A stretch of 64,000 bases of DNA from positions 2,559 through 66,558 of the forward strand of contig DASXDM010000039.1 of assembly GCA_036490655.1 (NCBI GenBank). The letters are read 5' to 3'. Each line of letters starts with the position of its first letter. Within the stretch, counting starts at the first letter, position 1. The notes under the pieces were generated by a model, which had not been told where the DNA came from, ran no database searches, and worked only from the letters and a program-made list of their open reading frames with translations. Shown here in pieces: positions 35,871 through 47,697 of this stretch. The position numbers and the translations under genes were made by a program. This DNA is from Verrucomicrobiia bacterium. Its GTDB lineage: Bacteria; Verrucomicrobiota; Verrucomicrobiia; Limisphaerales; UBA11358.

Positions 35871-36647
35871 ATGAAACATTATCTCTCTATCCTCATGGTG
35901 GCGGCCCTGGTTGCCGGAATTTTGCCGTCCCACGCGCAAATGAGTGGCCCGCCCGTTCCGCAATTCAGCGGCGGCATGGAAAAATTGTTTGGGGATAACC
36001 AGACTTTTTCCGCGGACACCCGGATCCAGATCAGTAACGGCAGTACGCCCATGACGATGCCCGGCAAAATTGCCTTTGATAAGGGCAATTCGTGGTTCGA
36101 GTTGGATATGTCGCAAATGCAGGGTGGAAATATTCCGGCCCAGGTATTGACCATGATGAAATCCGCGGGGCTGGATAAAATGGTGTCCATCACCCAGTCG
36201 AACAAGCCGGTGGTTTATGTCGTTTATCCCAATGCGAAGGCTTATGCCGAAATGACTTCTCCCACGCCGGATACCGCCTCTACCAACGCCGATGTGCCGG
36301 TCCAGGTCACCGCGTTGGGCAATGAAACGATGGCCGGCCATCCCTGTGTGAAGAACAAAGCCACCGTCACGGACAAACAGGGGGTCAAACATGATTTCAC
36401 GGTTTGGAACGCAACCGACTTGAAAAATTTCCCTGTCCAGATCACCATGACTGGCGAAGAGAATCCAGCCACCTTTACCTTCCTGAACGTCAGTTTCGCA
36501 AAACCCAATCCCGGCCTTTTCACACCGCCAACCGGCTTCACCCAATACGACGGTATCCAGGAGATGATGCAGTCGATCATGTTTAAAAGCCTTGGTAGTG
36601 GTGTCCTGCCTGGCGGAGCTGTGCCGCAGCAGCCGCCGCAACAGTAG
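35871..36647 (+). CDS. secreted protein, DUF4412/LolA-like fold suspected
   Basis: Signal peptide MKHYLSILMVAALVAGILPSHA. Met-rich beta-type sequence. Q/P-rich C-terminal tail. The family name is unverified. Confidence 0.55.
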   Translation: MKHYLSILMVAALVAGILPSHAQMSGPPVPQFSGGMEKLFGDNQTFSADTRIQISNGSTPMTMPGKIAFDKGNSWFELDMSQMQGGNIPAQVLTMMKSAGLDKMVSITQSNKPVVYVVYPNAKAYAEMTSPTPDTASTNADVPVQVTALGNETMAGHPCVKNKATVTDKQGVKHDFTVWNATDLKNFPVQITMTGEENPATFTFLNVSFAKPNPGLFTPPTGFTQYDGIQEMMQSIMFKSLGSGVLPGGAVPQQPPQQ

Positions 36648-36714
36648 ATTTTTCCTTTGGGCGTTGAATGTTTCTTTGCGCCTTTCGGAACCTGTCGTAT
36701 TACATCCGGCGTTT

Positions 36715-36737
36715 GAGCGCCTATAAGCGCTCTTTTC
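36715..36737 (+). terminator. possible terminator after the secreted-protein gene
   Basis: GAGCGC-ctataa-GCGCTC followed by TTTTCC. The stem is short (6 bp). Confidence 0.35.
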
Positions 36738-36800
36738 CTGTTCCCTTTCCCCTGGGGTGAGGGGAGATCGGGATAAACTTTAACCAGAGACCAGACCGCT

Positions 36801-39491
<2,691 letters not shown>

Positions 39492-39619
39492 CACGTGAGA
39501 ACTTAAATTAACCGAACCCAGCCACGCAGGCGAGTGCAAGTTTTGTCTGACCTCAAAATTGAGGATGTTGCGATATCACGGATAAAATCCAAAAGAGCGA
39601 ATCCGCCAAATAACAGGAT

Positions 39620-39648
39620 TTGCTATTTTTTGTTATTCACGATAGGAT
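39620..39648 (+). promoter_or_regulatory. candidate promoter for parDE
   Basis: TTGCTA-N17-TAGGAT, ending 25 nt upstream of the parD ATG. Confidence 0.3.
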
Positions 39649-39672
39649 GCCGCCAGCGATAGAATCCTGATT

Positions 39673-39948
39673 ATGAATGTTTCTTTAACGCCGGAACTGG
39701 AAAAATTTGTTGAAAAAGAAGTTGGCAGCGGCCTTTACCAGACCGCCAGCGAAGTCGTCCGTGCGGGGCTGCGTCGTCTGAAGGAAGAACGCGATGTGCG
39801 GCTTCTGCGTGTTCCCGCCACTCTGGAAGAACTGGAGTCTCAATTGTTGCAATCGACCGAATTGCTGGATGCGGGCAAAGGCGTGAGCGGTGAGGAAATT
39901 TTCCGCCGGCTTCGCAAACGTACCAGGGAAGCGCGTGTCAAAGCCTAA
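39673..39948 (+). CDS. parD: ParD-family (RHH/CopG-like) type II antitoxin
   Basis: MNVSLTPELEKFVEKEVGSGLYQTASEVVRAGLRRLKEE is the classical ParD N-terminus. Confidence 0.8.
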   Translation: MNVSLTPELEKFVEKEVGSGLYQTASEVVRAGLRRLKEERDVRLLRVPATLEELESQLLQSTELLDAGKGVSGEEIFRRLRKRTREARVKA

Positions 39949-40249
39949 AGTTATCCTGGCTCCGTGCGTGGAAGCGGAGCTCTGGACAATCTGGGCATTC
40001 ATTGCCAGGGACAATCCCGAGGTTGCGGATCAAGTCCTTGAATCGGCCTTCGAAACATTCGCTACACTTGCCAGCACTCCCGGACTTGGCCGGCTGCGAA
40101 AATTTCACGATCCCCGCCTGAAGGGTATTCGTTCCTGGCACATCTCCGGCTTCGATAATTACCTGATTTTTTATCGTGCGGTCGCCGAAGGAATTCAAGT
40201 GATGCATGTTTATCATGGCGCGCGCGATCTCGAATCGTTTTTTGATTAG
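39935..40249 (+). CDS. parE: ParE-family type II toxin
   Basis: GTG 39935 overlaps the parD 3' end by 14 nt. ...[21 protein letters not shown]...[26 protein letters not shown] is typical of ParE. Confidence 0.8.
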   Translation: MSKPKVILAPCVEAELWTIWAFIARDNPEVADQVLESAFETFATLASTPGLGRLRKFHDPRLKGIRSWHISGFDNYLIFYRAVAEGIQVMHVYHGARDLESFFD

Positions 40250-40325
40250 TTCGCCACAGTTAATAGGCAAAACGGTTCCCATCGTTGACACAAGCACCCC
40301 GGTTTGTACTGTATATGATATCCAC

Positions 40326-41126
40326 ATGAAATCCCGGCGCGCCTTCACCCTCATCGAATTGCTCGTCGTCATCGCCATCATCGGGATTCTTGCGGCGCTT
40401 TTATTGCCTGTCCTTTCTGCTGCCAAACAAAAAGCCAAAGGCATGGGCTGCCTCAACAACATGAAGCAGATAATGTTTGCGGCCAAATTATATCTGGATG
40501 ACAACCGGGGCGTCATGGTCCCCTTGTGGATCCAGCAGGGGGTCAGTGGTTGGAAAAATTGGACGTACGATCCTTCAACCTTCGTCGTTCAATACCCGCA
40601 ATTTTTGTGGTGGCAGGACAACTTCCGACTGTCGGGTCTCATTCCGGCGCATAAGACTTTCGATTGTCCGGCCTTGACCCAGCCCGCAACGGATGGCCAC
40701 GGCGGCTCCGTTAGCAGCAACGACACTTTGGGCATCGGCATGAATTATCCCGAATACGGCTGGCTGGCCACCTCGTCAGATTTTCCGTTCCCGGTGTACA
40801 ACAGTGCCAATGAAAATCAGGTGTTCTCGTCCAGTCAATCCATCGTCTTCGCCGATGCCGCCGCCATTTCGAACCCGGACGAACCGGACGCCGACAACTG
40901 GCAGGAAATCGCTGCCACCGGTTGCGCTTATTTTCGCGTGCCGAGCGATCCCGATTCTTACTCGCAAGGCGATTCCCGCTCCGTTCCCCGGCATGGGGGA
41001 CGCGTGAACACCGCCTTCTTCGACGGTCACGTCGTCCAGATGCGCAACAGCGCCATCGGTTATAATTTGCCGCGGACCAACGGCGCCGTGCTGTGGGCAA
41101 AGAATAATCATGGCGACAACCCTTGA
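40326..41126 (+). CDS. prepilin-type N-terminal cleavage/methylation protein with an H-X9-DG C-terminal motif (DUF1559-like)
   Basis: [38 protein letters not shown] is a type IV pilin-like leader. The C-terminus [16 protein letters not shown] is the H-X9-DG motif. Confidence 0.85.
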   Translation: MKSRRAFTLIELLVVIAIIGILAALLLPVLSAAKQKAKGMGCLNNMKQIMFAAKLYLDDNRGVMVPLWIQQGVSGWKNWTYDPSTFVVQYPQFLWWQDNFRLSGLIPAHKTFDCPALTQPATDGHGGSVSSNDTLGIGMNYPEYGWLATSSDFPFPVYNSANENQVFSSSQSIVFADAAAISNPDEPDADNWQEIAATGCAYFRVPSDPDSYSQGDSRSVPRHGGRVNTAFFDGHVVQMRNSAIGYNLPRTNGAVLWAKNNHGDNP

Positions 41127-41223
41127 TCGAATGGTTCGGCGCTCCCATCGTTGACATGGATATTGCCGTTAGTAATGTATGCAACATCCACGATGAACCT
41201 GGAAAATTTCTGAATCATCTCAC

Positions 41224-44200
41224 ATGCCGAATAACATCATGAGTCGCCGCATTACCTCGCTCCTTGTCACCTTGTTCATCGTTGTTTCCGCCCAGGCGGA
41301 TAACCTTTCGCCGGTCGGGATATATGGACTCACCTGCGAACACCTCACCAACCCCATCGGCATCGGCAGTCAAACCCCGCGCTTCTCCTGGAAGCTCCGC
41401 TCCAGTCGTACCGGCGAAGGACAGACCGCCTGGCAAATCCGCGCTGCTTCTTCTCTCGCCGGCCTCACGGCCGCTTCGCCCGATCTTTGGGATTCGGGAA
41501 AAATCATTTCCGATCAATCTGTCCTGGTCCCATGGAACGGAAAAATTCTCGACTCGCGCTCGCATGTCTGCTGGCAGGTTCGCATCTGGGACAAGGACGG
41601 CCAGCCCACGGCCTGGAGCGAACCGGCCTGGTTTGAATTGGGATTGTTGGATACCGCCACCAACTGGCACGGGCAATGGATAACCGCCGATCTGCCGCGC
41701 TATGACATTGAACAATCTGCCCTGGCAAAAGCATCCTGGATCAACGCCGGTTCCGTCGCCGGGCAGGCCGCTGCCGTGCGCCTGGCGGTCGTCCTTCCGC
41801 TAAATGCGACCGTTCACTCTGCTGCGATCGATGCGGATGCTGACGGCTTGATCACTATCTATGTCAATGGCCATCCCAACCGGCACGGCTTCACCAGCCT
41901 CACCGCACCGTTGCATGCGGACATCTGGGATCAATTGGCGCCCGGCACAAACATCATCGCCATCGGTTCCGCTGCGGTGCGCAATGGCATCCGGCATGAT
42001 CGCGGCGCTTCGGGAAGAAATGCCATTGCCGCCAGCGGCTACATCGAATTGCAGGATGGCCGGCGCCTTGAATTCAATACCGACGGTTCCTGGAAAGCGG
42101 CGGTTGCGCCTGGCGATGATTGGTTTGCCACCGGTTTTGACGATTCCAATTGGCCCGTGGCAACGGTTCTCGAACCTTACGCAGAACAACCTTCAAAATA
42201 TGTGAACACCACTATCGGGCCGGGCCGTTACCTTCGGAAAAATTTTACCGTGGCCAAACCGGTTGTTCGGGCGCGGCTCTACGCCACGGCGCTCGGAGTT
42301 TATGAAGCGTCCCTCAACGGCCACCGCATTGGCGATGACCTGCTGGCTCCCGGCTGGACCGATTACCGCAAGCGCGTGATGGTCCAGACCTATGATGTCA
42401 CCGCGCTGGTTCATCCCGGCCAAAATGCCATCGGCGCTGTGCTCGGCGATGGCTGGTACTCCGGCCGCCTCGGCTGGATGGGCCTGGCGCAATATGCCGC
42501 GCGCCCGGCCTTCGATGCCCAGCTTGAAGTCACCTACGCCGATGGCACCACAGATGTCGTCGCCACTGACGATTCGTGGAAGGCCGGCACTGGCGAAATT
42601 GTCGGCTCGGACGAACAATGGGGTGAAATTCTTGATGAACAACGAGCCGTCAAAAATTGGGACCAGCCATCCTTCAACGATTCCGTCTGGACCAATGCCG
42701 TTCTCGAACAACATTCCGTCTCGCTCGATCCCCAGCTTGGTCCACCGGTGCGCGCGTTGATAAAATTGGCCCCGCAAAAGATCACCCGCCACGGCGACGC
42801 CTGGATCGTTGATTTTGGCCAGAACCTTGTTGGCCACGTATGGCTCACCGCCGGCGGGCCCTCTGGCGACACCATTACCGTCTGCCACGCCGAGACCATC
42901 AATCCTGATGGCACCATCTATGCCGAAAATCTTCGGACCGCCCTGGCCACCGACAAATTCGCGCTCGACGGCGACGGCCTGGAGACCTTTGAGCCACATT
43001 TCACCTTCCACGGCTTTCGTTACGTCGAGATCACCGGTTATCCCGGCCAGCTCACTGCGAAGAATATCCGGGCCATTGTCGTCGGCTCCGACGCGCCGCC
43101 CACGGGAACCTTCGAAAGCTCCAATCCGGATTTGAACCGTCTCTATCAAAACATTGTCTGGAGCCAGCGCGGAAATTTCCTGAGCGTGCCCACCGATTGC
43201 CCGCAGCGCGACGAGCGCCAGGGCTGGATGGGTGACGCCCAGGTATTCTCGCCCACTGCCGTACGCAATGCCGATGTGGCCGCCTTTTTCACCAAATGGA
43301 TGGTGGACGTGGACGATGGGCAGGGCACCAACGGCGACTTTTCGGATATCTCGCCGCGCGTGGCCCGTCCGCAACCAGCCATGCCGGTGTGGGGCGATGC
43401 CGGCGTCATCATCCCGTGGGTCGCCTACCATGCCTACGGCGACATCTCCTTTCTCTCGAATAATTATCCGTTCATGACGCGGTGGGTTGACTTCAATGTC
43501 AGCCGTTCCCATGGCCTGATCTTGAGCGGCGGCGTTGGCGACCATCTCGCGCCTATTCCGACTCCGACTCCGGTGGTGGACACCGCTTATTTTGCCAATT
43601 CCGCCCACTTGGTCGCCCGCGCGGCGGCTTTGCTGGGCAAGACCGACGACGCGGCCAAATATGACCAGCTATACCACGACATCGCTGGCGCCTTCGACCA
43701 GGCTTTCGTTTCCACCAACGGCATGATTCGCGGTGACACGCAGACTGGATACATCCTTGCGCTGCAATTCAGCCTATTGCCGGAAAATCTTCAGGCCGCC
43801 GCCGCGCAACGCCTCGCGGATGATGTTCAACAGCATGGCCACTTGACCACCGGCTTTGTCGGTGTGGGGCTCATCTGTCCCATGCTTTCAGAGATCGGTC
43901 GTTCGGACCTTGCCTGGCAGTTGCTTCTCACCAACACCTATCCCTCCTGGCTGTTTTCCGTGAAGAACGGCGCCACCACGATCTGGGAACGATGGGATGG
44001 CTGGACCCCCGTGAACGGCTTTCAGGATTCCTCGATGAATTCGTTCAACCACTATTCGCTCGGCTCGGTCGGCGCGTGGCTCTACTCCGGCGCGGCGGGC
44101 ATCCGGCCCGACGACAACGCGCCCGGTTACAAACATTTCTTCCTCTCCCCGCAATTCACCACCCGGTTGGACCATGTCGCCGCCACGTTCGATTCGCCGT

Positions 44201-44412
44201 ATGGCATCATCGCTTCCAGTTGGCAGATTAAAAACGATCAGATTTCGTATGACGTGACCATCCCGCCGAACAGTTCTGCCACGCTCCTGCTTCCAGCTCT
44301 AACGCGATACCTTCGGGAATCCGGCCATCTCTTGCAAACGCCGTATAATTCCGTTCCCCTCGTCGCCGGAACCTATCACTTTTCGCTACCGGTTCGACTT
44401 GCTTCAAATTAA
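41224..44412 (+). CDS. alpha-L-rhamnosidase (GH78)
   Basis: Signal peptide. GLTCEHLTNPIGIGSQTPRFSWKL N-terminal domain. Catalytic (alpha/alpha)6 region with DCPQRDERQGWMGDAQVF and ATTIWERWDGW. Confidence 0.9.
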   Translation: MPNNIMSRRITSLLVTLFIVVSAQADNLSPVGIYGLTCEHLTNPIGIGSQTPRFSWKLRSSRTGEGQTAWQIRAASSLAGLTAASPDLWDSGKIISDQSVLVPWNGKILDSRSHVCWQVRIWDKDGQPTAWSEPAWFELGLLDTATNWHGQWITADLPRYDIEQSALAKASWINAGSVAGQAAAVRLAVVLPLNATVHSAAIDADADGLITIYVNGHPNRHGFTSLTAPLHADIWDQLAPGTNIIAIGSAAVRNGIRHDRGASGRNAIAASGYIELQDGRRLEFNTDGSWKAAVAPGDDWFATGFDDSNWPVATVLEPYAEQPSKYVNTTIGPGRYLRKNFTVAKPVVRARLYATALGVYEASLNGHRIGDDLLAPGWTDYRKRVMVQTYDVTALVHPGQNAIGAVLGDGWYSGRLGWMGLAQYAARPAFDAQLEVTYADGTTDVVATDDSWKAGTGEIVGSDEQWGEILDEQRAVKNWDQPSFNDSVWTNAVLEQHSVSLDPQLGPPVRALIKLAPQKITRHGDAWIVDFGQNLVGHVWLTAGGPSGDTITVCHAETINPDGTIYAENLRTALATDKFALDGDGLETFEPHFTFHGFRYVEITGYPGQLTAKNIRAIVVGSDAPPTGTFESSNPDLNRLYQNIVWSQRGNFLSVPTDCPQRDERQGWMGDAQVFSPTAVRNADVAAFFTKWMVDVDDGQGTNGDFSDISPRVARPQPAMPVWGDAGVIIPWVAYHAYGDISFLSNNYPFMTRWVDFNVSRSHGLILSGGVGDHLAPIPTPTPVVDTAYFANSAHLVARAAALLGKTDDAAKYDQLYHDIAGAFDQAFVSTNGMIRGDTQTGYILALQFSLLPENLQAAAAQRLADDVQQHGHLTTGFVGVGLICPMLSEIGRSDLAWQLLLTNTYPSWLFSVKNGATTIWERWDGWTPVNGFQDSSMNSFNHYSLGSVGAWLYSGAAGIRPDDNAPGYKHFFLSPQFTTRLDHVAATFDSPYGIIASSWQIKNDQISYDVTIPPNSSATLLLPALTRYLRESGHLLQTPYNSVPLVAGTYHFSLPVRLASN

Positions 44413-44530
44413 GGAGGAAACTGGTATTCGGTATTAAAAACATTTTATTCGACAACCATTTATGCCGAGGGCAATGTAATCTTCCTGAACTGGATTGCGA
44501 CACCGACCTGGGCATAATCAATTAACATCC

Positions 44531-45940
44531 GTGAAAGTCATATTTAAATTCAGCCTCTTTGTATTGCTCTTGGAAGTACTGACCGCTAACGCGGCACCTA
44601 CGGTGGTGAACGTCGGTCAAGGTGGAGGCGGATCTGATCACAGCTTATTTCTTAAATCCGATGGCAGCCTTTGGGCGATGGGAAATAATACTTATGGCCA
44701 GCTGGGTGACGGTACCTCTTACTTCTATTATAATGCCACCAATTGGCCTGAAGAAATCGTTGCGAGCAATGTCACGGCGGTAGCGTCGGGTGGTGATTTT
44801 AGTTTGTTTCTCAAATCCGACGGCAGCCTGTGGGGAATGGGTGACAATGGTTTTGGTCAGCTTGGAGACGGCACATTGAATTCGCCCGATAGACCTGAAG
44901 AAATTATTCCCGGCGGTGTTACGGCTATTGCGGCGGGAGCGTCTCACAGTCTTTTTGTGAAATCTGATGGCAGCCTCTGGGCGATGGGATTCAATGATGT
45001 TGGGCAACTTGGTGATGGCACATTTGGCGGCATAGTTGGGTATACCAATCGCCCCGAGGAAATCGTTAACAGCGGCGTCACGGCCATTGCGGCGGGAGAC
45101 GAAGACAGCGTATTTCTGAAATCTGATGGCAGCCTCTGGGCCATGGGATGCAACGAATATGGCCAACTCGGTGATGGCACTTTCAACACCACCAACCAGC
45201 CGGAGGAAATCGTCGCCAGCAATGTGGTGGCTATTGCAGCCTCAGGGTCTGGCGACGGATCTGGTGACACCTTTTTTATCAAATCCGACGGCAGCCTGTG
45301 GGGGATGGGAGATCAAGGTTTTCGCCAGCTTGGCGATGGCAACGAGCCGTCTCCTGATTATGTTACCAACCAGCCTGAAGAGATCGTTTCCAGTAATGTT
45401 GTGGCCATTTCGGCGTCTGTGTGGGACAGCCTGTTCCTCAAATCCGATGGCAGCTTATGGGCAATGGGGAGCGATCAATATGGCCAGCTGGGATACGGTT
45501 TCGTGTCCGTAATCCAGCCCTTAGAAATCGTTCCCAGTAATGTCGTCACCATTGCGGCGAATGGTGATCACAGTTTGTTTATCAAATCCGACGGCAGCTT
45601 ATGGGGGATGGGTTATAATCATTTGGGAGCCCTCGGAGATGGTTTTATTGATGACCAGCCTCCCTATGGATCAACTTTACCGGAGCAAATTTGGCCTCAT
45701 CCGCAGCCGGTTTTAACACAAACAGTCTCCAATAGCTTCGACCTACAATTCACGGCCCCGTGCCCGTTCGGCGGGAATTTTTATCTGCTGTCGGGCACGA
45801 ACCTTGCCCAGCCTTTATGTCAGTGGACCCCCGTTGCAACCAACACCATCATCTACCGCTTTCTTAATCTTTTCTCCAACACGCTCCCCAATGCGCTCAG
45901 TTCCGGCGGCCAGCAATTTTATATCCTGCAATCACATTAA
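44531..45940 (+). CDS. secreted RCC1-repeat (seven-blade beta-propeller) protein with a C-terminal ...QQFYIL module
   Basis: GTG 44531 gives the signal-like N-terminus VKVIFKFSLFVLLLEVLTANA. There are seven repeats of HSLFLKSDGSLWAMGxNxxGQLGDGT. The C-terminal 80 aa (NFYLLSGTNLAQPLCQWTPV...QQFYILQSH) form the module. Confidence 0.85.
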   Translation: MKVIFKFSLFVLLLEVLTANAAPTVVNVGQGGGGSDHSLFLKSDGSLWAMGNNTYGQLGDGTSYFYYNATNWPEEIVASNVTAVASGGDFSLFLKSDGSLWGMGDNGFGQLGDGTLNSPDRPEEIIPGGVTAIAAGASHSLFVKSDGSLWAMGFNDVGQLGDGTFGGIVGYTNRPEEIVNSGVTAIAAGDEDSVFLKSDGSLWAMGCNEYGQLGDGTFNTTNQPEEIVASNVVAIAASGSGDGSGDTFFIKSDGSLWGMGDQGFRQLGDGNEPSPDYVTNQPEEIVSSNVVAISASVWDSLFLKSDGSLWAMGSDQYGQLGYGFVSVIQPLEIVPSNVVTIAANGDHSLFIKSDGSLWGMGYNHLGALGDGFIDDQPPYGSTLPEQIWPHPQPVLTQTVSNSFDLQFTAPCPFGGNFYLLSGTNLAQPLCQWTPVATNTIIYRFLNLFSNTLPNALSSGGQQFYILQSH

Positions 45941-46000
45941 GGCGTTTTGGAAGTTTAATCAGACTTTCCTCATTTTCCTGTTGACATACATTACAGTACA

Positions 46001-46354
46001 ATGTATAACACAGCCATGCTTACGAAAGATCTGGTGGCTGCCTCCTCAAAACCACTGGTGCTTTCCATCCTTACGGCGGGCGAGAGTTACGGCTACGAAA
46101 TCATCCAGCAGGTCCGCGAGCTTTCCGGCGGCCAGATCGAATGGAGTGACGGCATGCTTTATCCGGTGTTGCACCGGCTCGAGCGCGACGGGCTGATCGA
46201 ATCGGAATGGAAAGAGTCGGAGACCGGACGCGAGAGGAAATATTATCGGTTAAGTTCGGAAGGACATAAATCGCTTAAAACCGAACGCCAGCAATGGCTG
46301 GCCGTTCACAACACCCTGTGCAAATTATGGAAAATCAAACCCGTTTTGACCTGA
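46001..46354 (+). CDS. PadR-family transcriptional regulator
   Basis: Winged-helix PLVLSILTAGESYGYEIIQQV...WSDGMLYPVLHRLERDGLIESEW. Confidence 0.9.
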   Translation: MYNTAMLTKDLVAASSKPLVLSILTAGESYGYEIIQQVRELSGGQIEWSDGMLYPVLHRLERDGLIESEWKESETGRERKYYRLSSEGHKSLKTERQQWLAVHNTLCKLWKIKPVLT

Positions 46355-47055
46355 ACACCGCCGTGGAAAGCTGGCGGCAGGAACTCGCCGCGCAATCCGG
46401 TCTCACCGCGGATAATCGCCGTGAACTGGAAACACATTTGCAGGATGCCATGACCCGGTTGCAAGGGCGCGGTTTGAGCGATGAGGAATCTTATTTGATC
46501 GCGCGCCATCGCATCGGTCGTCCCCGGCAATTGACCGAGGAATTTATGAAGTCCAATCCCGCCCAGGCCTGGCGCGAGCGGGCGCTGTGGACAGCAGTAA
46601 TTCTTTTGGGATTTAATTTGTGGCAAACTATCTGCGCAGTCTTATCGCTGACACACTTCTTCGGACCCCATTACATCTTTGTCCCCGAATGGGTGCAATT
46701 TTATTTTCCGCTTTGGCTGGATAACATGCTGGACAGTTGGCAGCTTCGACAAATAGTGCTTTTTATTTTGCACTTCCTGCCTCTCGTCTGGTTGGTGGTA
46801 TATGCTACAAATGGCCCGCTGGGAAAATCCCGCTCCCTTTGGAACAACCTTACTGCCTCGCGGCTGCGCGTAGTTTCTTTGACTCTAGGTTTGGTTTTTA
46901 TCGTTCATTTACTGTATGCGTTTTTTCAAAAGGAGCAATTTCCGAAAATGTCAGCATGGAACACGTTCGACAACTTGATAATAAGTGCAAGTTGGCCGTT
47001 GATTCTCGTTGCGATGATCACCTGGCTAAAGCCGCAAAGGCAAAAAACTGTCTGA
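46327..47055 (+). CDS. PadR-associated membrane protein
   Basis: ATG 46327 overlaps the padR 3' end by 28 nt. The soluble N-terminal helical domain (ELETHLQDAMTRL..GLSDEESYLIARHRIG) is followed by 4-5 TM helices. Confidence 0.6.
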   Translation: MENQTRFDLNTAVESWRQELAAQSGLTADNRRELETHLQDAMTRLQGRGLSDEESYLIARHRIGRPRQLTEEFMKSNPAQAWRERALWTAVILLGFNLWQTICAVLSLTHFFGPHYIFVPEWVQFYFPLWLDNMLDSWQLRQIVLFILHFLPLVWLVVYATNGPLGKSRSLWNNLTASRLRVVSLTLGLVFIVHLLYAFFQKEQFPKMSAWNTFDNLIISASWPLILVAMITWLKPQRQKTV

Positions 47056-47145
47056 TGTGCGGATGATATCCCCTCTTTTGACCTTAAAGGCCGTAATCAG
47101 AACACCACCATTTTTGGATTAGTTTTTTCCGGTTCCTTCAACGGC

Positions 47146-47247
47146 TCAAAGTGGAATTGCCGCACCATAGAGCATCGCCGCCGCACTGCCTGTGACCAGA
47201 TAACGGAATTGCAACCGGTCCAGCGGACGGACGAACAATTCAATCAA
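47146..47247 (-). pseudogene. truncated remnant of a nucleotidyltransferase-like gene
   Basis: Minus-strand frame reads LIELFVRPLDRLQFRYLVTGSAAAMLYGAAIPL then stops. It resembles the first 35 aa of small nucleotidyltransferase-fold proteins (..Y.V.GS.AA.LYG..). It begins 2 nt after the stop of the 67-aa ORF. The rest of the gene is absent. Confidence 0.3.
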
Positions 47248-47248
47248 A

Positions 47249-47452
47249 TCAGGTTCGGGCATTCTGGAAGATCTGGCGCACTTCGTTTTCAACGCGCTGT
47301 TCCGGCCAGTCGGGATGCTGGCTGCGCAGAAATGCCGTTTTGTGCCGGCGACACGTCCAGTAAAGCCGATGCGCCGCGCGCCAACGTTGCTCCGGTGTCA
47401 TGCGGCGGAACACTTCAATCTGCTCGGGGCTGGCCTGCTCGTCCAACAGCAT
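47249..47452 (-). CDS. small conserved-looking protein (partner of the truncated nucleotidyltransferase)
   Basis: 67 aa. SPEQIEVFRRMTPEQRWRAAHRLYWTCRRHKTAFLRSQHPDWPEQRVENEVRQIF resembles small proteins I have seen upstream of nucleotidyltransferase genes (unverified). Confidence 0.45.
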   Translation of the reverse strand: MLLDEQASPEQIEVFRRMTPEQRWRAAHRLYWTCRRHKTAFLRSQHPDWPEQRVENEVRQIFQNART

Positions 47453-47555
47453 GAGTCAACTATGAGCCAAAAACAGTGTCCGTGCAAGCACCGCAGGTGC
47501 GAAATCTTTATAGAGCTCGGACCGAATGCGATTTTCAAAGCTCCGTAGGAGCGGC

Positions 47556-47628
47556 ATATTCCCTGCGGCTATGTGTCAAAAAATTCTACAAATTTTCTGT
47601 GAATTTCCCTGCGAATTAGCAGGGAATA
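47556..47628 (+). promoter_or_regulatory. three copies of a 9-mer (A/T)TTCCCTGC (two direct, one inverted) upstream of nrdJ
   Basis: atattccctgc (47556-47566), tttccctgc (47603-47611) and the inverted gcagggaatat (47618-47628). The inverted copy can pair either with the adjacent copy (8 bp, loop gaatta) or with the distal copy (11 bp). Confidence 0.4.
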
Positions 47629-47669
47629 TCCTGTTTGTAACGTGGTCGTAACTTTTTTATAGATTTTTC

Positions 47670-47697
47670 TTGAAAGCACAATAGGTGGTGGTATGAT
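47670..47697 (+). promoter_or_regulatory. candidate sigma-70 promoter of nrdJ with a palindrome over the -10
   Basis: TTGAAA-N16-TATGAT. GGTGGT-atgata-ACCACC (47687-47704) overlaps the -10 element. A strong SD (AAGGAG) lies 7 nt before ATG 47845. Confidence 0.45.

Noticed and set aside
35865-36641. A 258-aa minus-strand ORF mirroring almost exactly the 258-aa plus-strand ORF 35871-36647
   Set aside because: It is the same codon-register artefact. The plus-strand product has a clean signal peptide and a protein-like composition, while the minus-strand product does not. I saw no evidence for a genuine overlapping gene.
46294-47055. PadR plus membrane protein as a possible novel system
   Set aside because: PadR regulators followed by a membrane protein with this N-terminal helical domain are a common, if poorly studied, pairing. 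Nothing unusual is visible here beyond the 28-nt overlap.
47634-47652. Pho-box-like TTGTAAC-cgtgg-TCGTAAC upstream of nrdJ
   Set aside because: The half-sites are 12 nt apart rather than 11. The position relative to the candidate -10 elements is also poor. It is probably a chance resemblance. It would only be reconsidered if a genome-wide PWM scan scores it highly.
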